A stretch of DNA of 64,000 bases from Spirochaetia bacterium (GTDB lineage: Bacteria > Spirochaetota > Spirochaetia > CADAEX01): positions 368 through 64,367 of the forward strand of contig JAGCPA010000089.1 of the NCBI GenBank assembly GCA_017642445.1. The letters run 5' to 3'. This document shows positions 58,578-64,000 of the stretch, piece by piece. Each line of letters begins with the position of its first letter. Within the stretch, counting starts at the first letter, position 1. The notes under the pieces are model-generated. The model saw only the letters and a program-made list of their open reading frames with translations, made no database searches and had not been told where the DNA came from. The position numbers were made by a program, and so were the translations under genes.

Positions 58578-58909
58578 GAAAACTTATTGCATACTGTGGC
58601 CTGGATTGCGAGAAATGCGATGCCAGAATCGCCACAATAAACAATGATGACAACTTAAGGAAAGAGACTGCCAGAAAATGGTGCGAGATGAACCATACCG
58701 ACCAGATCACACCGGAGACTATAAACTGCATGGGGTGCCGGACCGATGGGATAAAGTTCGCCTACTGCGCCTCCATGTGCCCTATCCGCAAGTGCGCCAT
58801 GGCAAAAGGCTACCAGACCTGCGGCGACTGTGCCGAGCTCAACAGGTGCGAGAAAGTCGGCATGGTCATTAGCAACAATGAGGAAGCAAGAAATAATCTG
58901 AAAGGATGA
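58574..58909 (+). CDS. Cys-rich DUF3795-like protein.
   Basis: Multiple CxxC pairs (CGLDCEKCD, CMGCRTD, CGDCAELNRC). Its ATG overlaps the permease stop (ATGA). Confidence 0.5.
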   Translation: MRKLIAYCGLDCEKCDARIATINNDDNLRKETARKWCEMNHTDQITPETINCMGCRTDGIKFAYCASMCPIRKCAMAKGYQTCGDCAELNRCEKVGMVISNNEEARNNLKG

Positions 58910-58922
58910 ATAAGGATATCTC

Positions 58923-60392
58923 TTAGAAGCAGTTGTCCAGGATATCCTGATCAAGCCCCTTCTTGCCAGTGATCTGACCTACGATAAAGTAGAGAAGCCC
59001 GCCTACCAGAAGGCCCCATGCCACTGCATTTATCCCTGCCACCTTGACATTGTAATGGCAGAAGATGTAGGTGAATGCAGCCCCCAGAGAGCTGGCAACA
59101 GCAGCCTGTTTAGTCCCCTTCTTCCAGAAGAGTCCTCCGACCAGAGGCCAGAAGAAAGTGCATTCAAGACCGCCGAAGGCAAACATATTCAGGAAGAAGA
59201 TGATGTCGGGCGGATCCAGTGTCAGGAAAGTGACCAGGATTCCGAAGAGCAGTGTCACCAGAGGGCTTACAAAAGCTACCCTCTTATTGTACTTTTCTAT
59301 CTTTACAGGGTCATCCTTGACCATGTATGTCCTCCACAGGTCCTTGACTATAGCGGCAGAGGCCAGAATAAGGAGCGAGTCCACAGTGGACATCACCGCA
59401 GCCATAGGGGCGGCCAGGAAAAGACCAGCCAATGGTGTCGGCATGATCTGCTGGACAATATATGGAATGAAATAGTCTGATGTAGGAAGGTTTGCCTTGT
59501 CCACCAGAGCGCCTGCCCAAGCACCTGCCAGATGCATACCCACCACTACGAAAGAACAGGTGATGGCGCCGATCCACATAGCGCTGTGGAGGCTCTTGGT
59601 GTTCTTGAAGCCCATGCCCCGCACCGCTGTCTGGGGCAGACCCAGCACGCCGAAGCCGACCAGAATCCAGAATGAGAGCAGCAGACCAGGCTTATACTTT
59701 GCAAACAGGTTGTCATACACTCCCGGCAGGTTCTGCTGAAGTCCCGCATCTATGCCAGAAAGCCCTCCCCCGGCCTGCAGCACGAAGAAGAGGAACAGGA
59801 AGGTGCCGATGCACATGATGAAACCCTGGATAGCGTCGGTTATAGCCACTGCGGAGAATCCGCCGAAAGCGGTGTAAATGATTACTACTGCAGCAAATAT
59901 GAACAGCGAATACTTATAATTGAGCCCGGTGATGGACTGAATCAGAGTGGCGCCGCCGGTGAACTGTGAGATCATCTGTGCAATGAAGAATGCCACCATA
60001 AGGAGCGAGGTTACAATGACTAGAACATCGCTCTTGTACCGGGCCTTGAGGTAGCCGGCCACAGTAACAGCGCCAGTGCGGCGTGAGACCAGAGCCATCT
60101 TGTTGCCCAGCACTCCAAGGATAAAGAAAGTGACAGGAACCTGCACCGCAGCGATCCACACCTGGGCATAGCCCACTGTCATGCCGGCCACACCAGGGCC
60201 AGAGACAAAGGAGCTGACCGAAGTATATGTGGCCATGGTTGTCATAGCCAGAAGAAGACCGTTCATAGAGCGGCCGCCTATATAGTATTTCTTCTCCACC
60301 GAAAGGGTGCTCTCCCTGCTTTTCTTCCGATTGTACCAGATGCCGATGACAGCGTTCAGAGCCAGGTAGGTGATGAGGATAGCAAGAATCAT
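58923..60392 (-). CDS. Sodium:solute symporter (PanF-like).
   Basis: SSF-family topology, about 13 TM segments. Confidence 0.8.
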   Translation of the reverse strand: MILAILITYLALNAVIGIWYNRKKSRESTLSVEKKYYIGGRSMNGLLLAMTTMATYTSVSSFVSGPGVAGMTVGYAQVWIAAVQVPVTFFILGVLGNKMALVSRRTGAVTVAGYLKARYKSDVLVIVTSLLMVAFFIAQMISQFTGGATLIQSITGLNYKYSLFIFAAVVIIYTAFGGFSAVAITDAIQGFIMCIGTFLFLFFVLQAGGGLSGIDAGLQQNLPGVYDNLFAKYKPGLLLSFWILVGFGVLGLPQTAVRGMGFKNTKSLHSAMWIGAITCSFVVVGMHLAGAWAGALVDKANLPTSDYFIPYIVQQIMPTPLAGLFLAAPMAAVMSTVDSLLILASAAIVKDLWRTYMVKDDPVKIEKYNKRVAFVSPLVTLLFGILVTFLTLDPPDIIFFLNMFAFGGLECTFFWPLVGGLFWKKGTKQAAVASSLGAAFTYIFCHYNVKVAGINAVAWGLLVGGLLYFIVGQITGKKGLDQDILDNCF

Positions 60393-60673
60393 TTCTCTTC
60401 CTCCTCGTCGTCATACTCAAAGTCCACAAACACATGCTTGAGCAGGTAGCGAACACCCACCAGGGCAATAACTATAGTGCCAAAGACCGATACCGAGAAC
60501 CAGGCCGGCATTCCAAGGAAATAGAGACCCTTTCCATTAAGGGCAAACGCGGTGATAATATGCCATGCACAGCAGAGGAGAGTCACTATCAGGGTTCCCT
60601 TGATCTCCCTCATGCACTGTGCGTGTTTCTCCTGTCTTGTCATCTTTTTCATGGTGACATAACTATACCACAT
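60389..60673 (-). CDS. Small membrane protein, YhdT/DUF997-like, the usual PanF partner.
   Basis: 94 aa with two TM segments. 4 nt overlap with the symporter. Confidence 0.55.
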   Translation of the reverse strand: MWYSYVTMKKMTRQEKHAQCMREIKGTLIVTLLCCAWHIITAFALNGKGLYFLGMPAWFSVSVFGTIVIALVGVRYLLKHVFVDFEYDDEEEEK

Positions 60674-60800
60674 TGATTATTAAAAATAAATTACTTTTTC
60701 TACTTATTTTTAATAACTTAATTACTTTTTGTCCCTATCTCTATTTACTGTTTAGGGGTTTCCATATAAAATAGAACAAAACAAAAACTGGGAGGAAATC

Positions 60801-62051
60801 ATGGGATTTTTCGATGACCATTTGAAAGATACAGACCCGGAAGTCTGGGCTGCAATCGAGCAGGAGAAAGCCAGACAGAACCACAATATCGAGCTTATCG
60901 CCTCAGAGAACAACGTATCAAACGCAGTACTTGAGGCTGACGGCTGCATCATGACCAACAAGTATGCCGAAGGCTACCCTGGAAAGCGCTACTATGGCGG
61001 CTGTCAGTGTGTAGATATTGCAGAGGAGCTGGCCCGCGAACGGGCTAAAAAGCTTTTCGGCTGCGAATATGCCAACGTACAGCCCCACTCCGGTGCACAG
61101 GCCAACATGGCAGTACAGTTTGCCCTTCTTAAGCCGGGCGACACAGTAATGGGCATGAACCTGGCTCATGGCGGACACCTTTCCCACGGCTCGCCTGTAA
61201 ACTTCTCAGGAACATACTTCAACATCGTTCCTTACGGCGTTAAAGAGGATGGATTCATCGACTATGACGAGGTTGCACGGATTGCCACCGAATGCAAGCC
61301 TAAGCTGATCATCGCAGGCGCCTCTGCATATCCACGGGTAATCGATTTCAAGAGATTCCGCGAGATCGCAGACTCTGTAGGAGCTATCCTTATGGTGAAC
61401 ATGGCTCACATCGCAGGCCTTGTTGCAGCTGGCCTCCACCCAAGCCCAATCCCATATGCACATGTCACAACAACCACAACCCATAAGACACTGCGTGGCC
61501 CACGCGGCGGTATGATCCTCTCAAGCCAGGAGTTTGCAGACACCTACAAGCTCAACAAGGCTATATTCCCTGGAATCCAGGGCGGACCGCTCATGCACAT
61601 AATCGCTGGAAAGGCTGTTGCATTCGGCGAATGCCTCAAGCCTGAGTTCAAGGCTTATGCAAAGCAGATTGTGGCAAACGCACAGGCACTGGCAAAAGAG
61701 CTTCTGGCACAGGGCTTTGCACTGGTATCAGGCGGCACAGACAACCACCTTATGCTTGTTGATGTATCTGTCCTCGGCCTCACAGGAAAGGCTGTGGAGC
61801 AGGCTTTGGACAAGGCCGGCATAAGCGTCAACAAGAATGCTATCCCATTCGATAAACAGAAGCCTATGGTTACCAGCGGAATCCGTATCGGTACCCCATC
61901 TGTCACCACCCGTGGCATGAAAGAGGCCGAGATGGTTCAGATCGCACGGTTCATAAAGAAAGCCTGCGACCACATCGATGATGATGCGGCACTGGCAGCA
62001 CTGCGCGAAGAGGTTTACGCATTCACTGCCAAGTTCCCTATGTATAAGTGA
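60801..62051 (+). CDS. glyA: Serine hydroxymethyltransferase.
   Basis: PLP-attachment site [14 protein letters not shown]. Full-length, 416 aa. Confidence 0.95.
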   Translation: MGFFDDHLKDTDPEVWAAIEQEKARQNHNIELIASENNVSNAVLEADGCIMTNKYAEGYPGKRYYGGCQCVDIAEELARERAKKLFGCEYANVQPHSGAQANMAVQFALLKPGDTVMGMNLAHGGHLSHGSPVNFSGTYFNIVPYGVKEDGFIDYDEVARIATECKPKLIIAGASAYPRVIDFKRFREIADSVGAILMVNMAHIAGLVAAGLHPSPIPYAHVTTTTTHKTLRGPRGGMILSSQEFADTYKLNKAIFPGIQGGPLMHIIAGKAVAFGECLKPEFKAYAKQIVANAQALAKELLAQGFALVSGGTDNHLMLVDVSVLGLTGKAVEQALDKAGISVNKNAIPFDKQKPMVTSGIRIGTPSVTTRGMKEAEMVQIARFIKKACDHIDDDAALAALREEVYAFTAKFPMYK

Positions 62052-62067
62052 GTTTTGACAGGCATAC

Positions 62068-63060
62068 ATGCGGATAAAGCTGGAGAATCTTAAGAAATAT
62101 TACGACTCTATCCATGCGGTGGACGGCATCTCCCTTGATATCCCGGAGAACACTATCTTCGGAATCATCGGGCGGAGCGGTGCCGGAAAATCCTCGCTGG
62201 TGCGGCTCATGAGCCTGCTGGAGGCCCCCGATTCCGGTGCAGTCTGGTATGGCGACCGCCGGGTGGACAACCTGCCTAAGGATGAGCTTATAGCCTGCCG
62301 CCGCAAGATAGGTATGATTTTCCAGAACTTCAACCTTTTCTCTTCCCGCAACGCAGGGAAGAATGTGGCATATCCACTCGAGATATGCGGCATGCCGAAG
62401 GCCCAGATAAAGGAGCGGGTGGTAGAGATGCTCAAGCTGGTAGGGCTTGAGGACAGGATCAACGCCCCTATAAGCACCCTCTCCGGCGGCCAGAAGCAGC
62501 GTGTGGCCATAGCGCGGGCACTGGCGACACAGCCCGATATCCTCTACTGCGACGAGGCCACCAGCGCACTGGATCCAAATACAACCCAGTCTATCCTGGC
62601 CCTGATAAGGGAGATCCAGAAGAAGATGAACCTGACTGTGGTTATGATAACCCACCAGATGGAGGTTGTCAGGGATGCCTGCGAATCTGTGGCTGTGATC
62701 GAGGATGGAAAGGTTGTGGAGCAGGGTTTGGTCAAGGACATCTTTGCAAACCCGAAGACAAAGACAACCCGTGACTTCATAAAGAATGTCCTCAATGACA
62801 AAGAGATGGTGAAGTGGTCGGACCAGACCGGAAAATTCCATCTCCACTTCACAGGAAAGGCCCCTGATAAGCCGCTTCTGAGCATGATAGCCAAGAAATT
62901 TGATGTGGAGTTCAATATCTTTGCGGCAGGAATCTCTCATCTCCCTGAAGAGGATGTGGGCTACATGAATGTGGATATAATGGGAAGCGATGAGGAGGTC
63001 TCCAAGGTTGTGACCTGGCTTGAGGAAAACAGCGTCCATGTGCGCAGGGAGCAGGAGTAG
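62068..63060 (+). CDS. metN: Methionine ABC transporter ATP-binding protein.
   Basis: Walker A GRSGAGKSS, LSGGQKQRV signature, and a C-terminal NIL domain. Confidence 0.9.
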   Translation: MRIKLENLKKYYDSIHAVDGISLDIPENTIFGIIGRSGAGKSSLVRLMSLLEAPDSGAVWYGDRRVDNLPKDELIACRRKIGMIFQNFNLFSSRNAGKNVAYPLEICGMPKAQIKERVVEMLKLVGLEDRINAPISTLSGGQKQRVAIARALATQPDILYCDEATSALDPNTTQSILALIREIQKKMNLTVVMITHQMEVVRDACESVAVIEDGKVVEQGLVKDIFANPKTKTTRDFIKNVLNDKEMVKWSDQTGKFHLHFTGKAPDKPLLSMIAKKFDVEFNIFAAGISHLPEEDVGYMNVDIMGSDEEVSKVVTWLEENSVHVRREQE

Positions 63061-63063
63061 AGT

Positions 63064-63717
63064 ATGGAACAGATATTGATTCTTGTGGGAGTCTCCACGC
63101 TCCAGACACTGCTTATGGTATTCTTCTCCACCCTCTTTGCAATCCTTATAGGCTTTCCTCTTGGAATTCTGCTGAACACCACAAACCAGTACGGCATAAC
63201 ACCAAAGCCTGTATTCAACTCGGTTCTAAGCCGTATCATAGATGTGCTCCGCTCATTCCCGTTCGTAATTCTTATGATTGTGCTCCTCCCCTTCACCCGT
63301 ATGGTGCTGGGAACTGCGATAGGCACAACAGCTACCATCATTCCGCTTTCAATAGCAGCTGCACCTTTTGTGGCAAGAATCACCGAGACAGCACTTAACG
63401 AGGTCGACCCAGGCATTGTCCAGGCCGCCCGGGCTATGGGAAGCACCAACTGGCAGATTATCCACAAGGTCCTGGTACCAGAGGCAATGCCTTCTGTTGT
63501 ATCGGGAATCACCTTGACTATCATCAACCTCATAAGCTACTCTGCAATGGCCGGAACATTGGGCGGCGGCGGCCTGGGAGACCTGGCTATCCGCTACGGC
63601 TACCAGCGGTTCCGCACCGGAGTGATGACTGCTGCGGTAATTGTCATCATCATAATGGTGGCTGCAATACAGTTCGCAGGAACCCGGCTTACCAACAAGA
63701 TGTTGAGTAAAAGATAA
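63064..63717 (+). CDS. metI: Methionine ABC transporter permease.
   Basis: 217 aa with five TM segments and an EAA-like loop. Confidence 0.9.
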   Translation: MEQILILVGVSTLQTLLMVFFSTLFAILIGFPLGILLNTTNQYGITPKPVFNSVLSRIIDVLRSFPFVILMIVLLPFTRMVLGTAIGTTATIIPLSIAAAPFVARITETALNEVDPGIVQAARAMGSTNWQIIHKVLVPEAMPSVVSGITLTIINLISYSAMAGTLGGGGLGDLAIRYGYQRFRTGVMTAAVIVIIIMVAAIQFAGTRLTNKMLSKR

Positions 63718-63798
63718 AAAGTTTATCCAGCTGTTGACACATTTTTGTTTTGAAAGTATAATATACCTACCAATCAAGTAGGTAATAGGAGGTTTTAA

Positions 63799-64000
63799 AT
63801 GAAAAAATTTCTTTTAATCGCAGCGCTTGTATTCGCTACCACAGCAGTATATGCACAGCAGACAATCAAGGTAGGTGCTACTCCAGAGCCACATGCCGAG
63901 ATTCTCAATCTTATCAAGGATGACCTTGCAGCAAAGGGTGTAAAGCTTGAAGTTGTAGAGTTCACAGACTATGTGACACCAAACGACGCAGTTGAGGCTG
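63799..64000 (+). CDS. metQ: MetQ/NlpA-family lipoprotein. Partial: the C-terminus is off the window.
   Basis: MKKFLLIAALVFATTAVYAQ signal peptide, then IKVGATPEPHAEIL. GGAGG RBS. Confidence 0.7.
   Translation, partial: MKKFLLIAALVFATTAVYAQQTIKVGATPEPHAEILNLIKDDLAAKGVKLEVVEFTDYVTPNDAVEA

Noticed and set aside
1-64000. CRISPR arrays, integrase or transposase genes, or a direct repeat of the tRNA-Pro 3' end at the far end of the AT-rich block.
   Set aside because: Visual scanning found none. The only tandem or periodic repeats are the 13-mers at 13038..13146 and the TGTGAC arrays.

Overview
This 64 kb chromosomal window looks like a spirochete, probably a Treponema-like organism. That call is an inference from the gene order flhA-flhB-fliR-fliQ-fliP-fliZ-fliY, the presence of FliY, fliA directly after flhF, and DapL. 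About 50 kb is housekeeping: adenosine deaminase (partial), carB, iorAB plus an aminotransferase, ddl, an FKBP PPIase, an FtsX/ABC transport triplet, ftsY, prfB with its programmed +1 frameshift, queD, murE, a flagellar export operon, ftsK, dapL, TAXI-TRAP and Met ABC transporters, glyA, and two tRNA-Pro genes. The standout is an AT-rich block of about 12 kb (1321..13186) lying against the 3' end of a tRNA-Pro(CGG) gene. It carries a complete Type I restriction-modification operon (hsdM-hsdS-hsdR). A 1075 aa KAP-family P-loop NTPase, with the family's membrane-helix insert between Walker A and Walker B, is wedged between hsdS and hsdR and translationally coupled to hsdS. The block also holds a Fic-wHTH protein with a degenerate Fic motif, flanked by identical phased TGTGAC arrays, and a DUF4143 AAA ATPase. 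Four 13-mers at an exact 32 bp period lie between the ATPase and the tRNA. Elsewhere I note four things: FlhB ends before its autocleaving C-terminal domain; an orphan Nif11-leader/double-glycine RiPP-type precursor sits upstream of an ABM monooxygenase; a membrane-anchored family-II-pyrophosphatase-like (DHH) protein is fused to a nucleoside 2-deoxyribosyltransferase-like domain; and a metallo-beta-lactamase-fold protein is fused to rubredoxin. I saw no CRISPR array, integrase or transposase. Many six-frame ORFs are antisense artefacts inside GC-rich genes.
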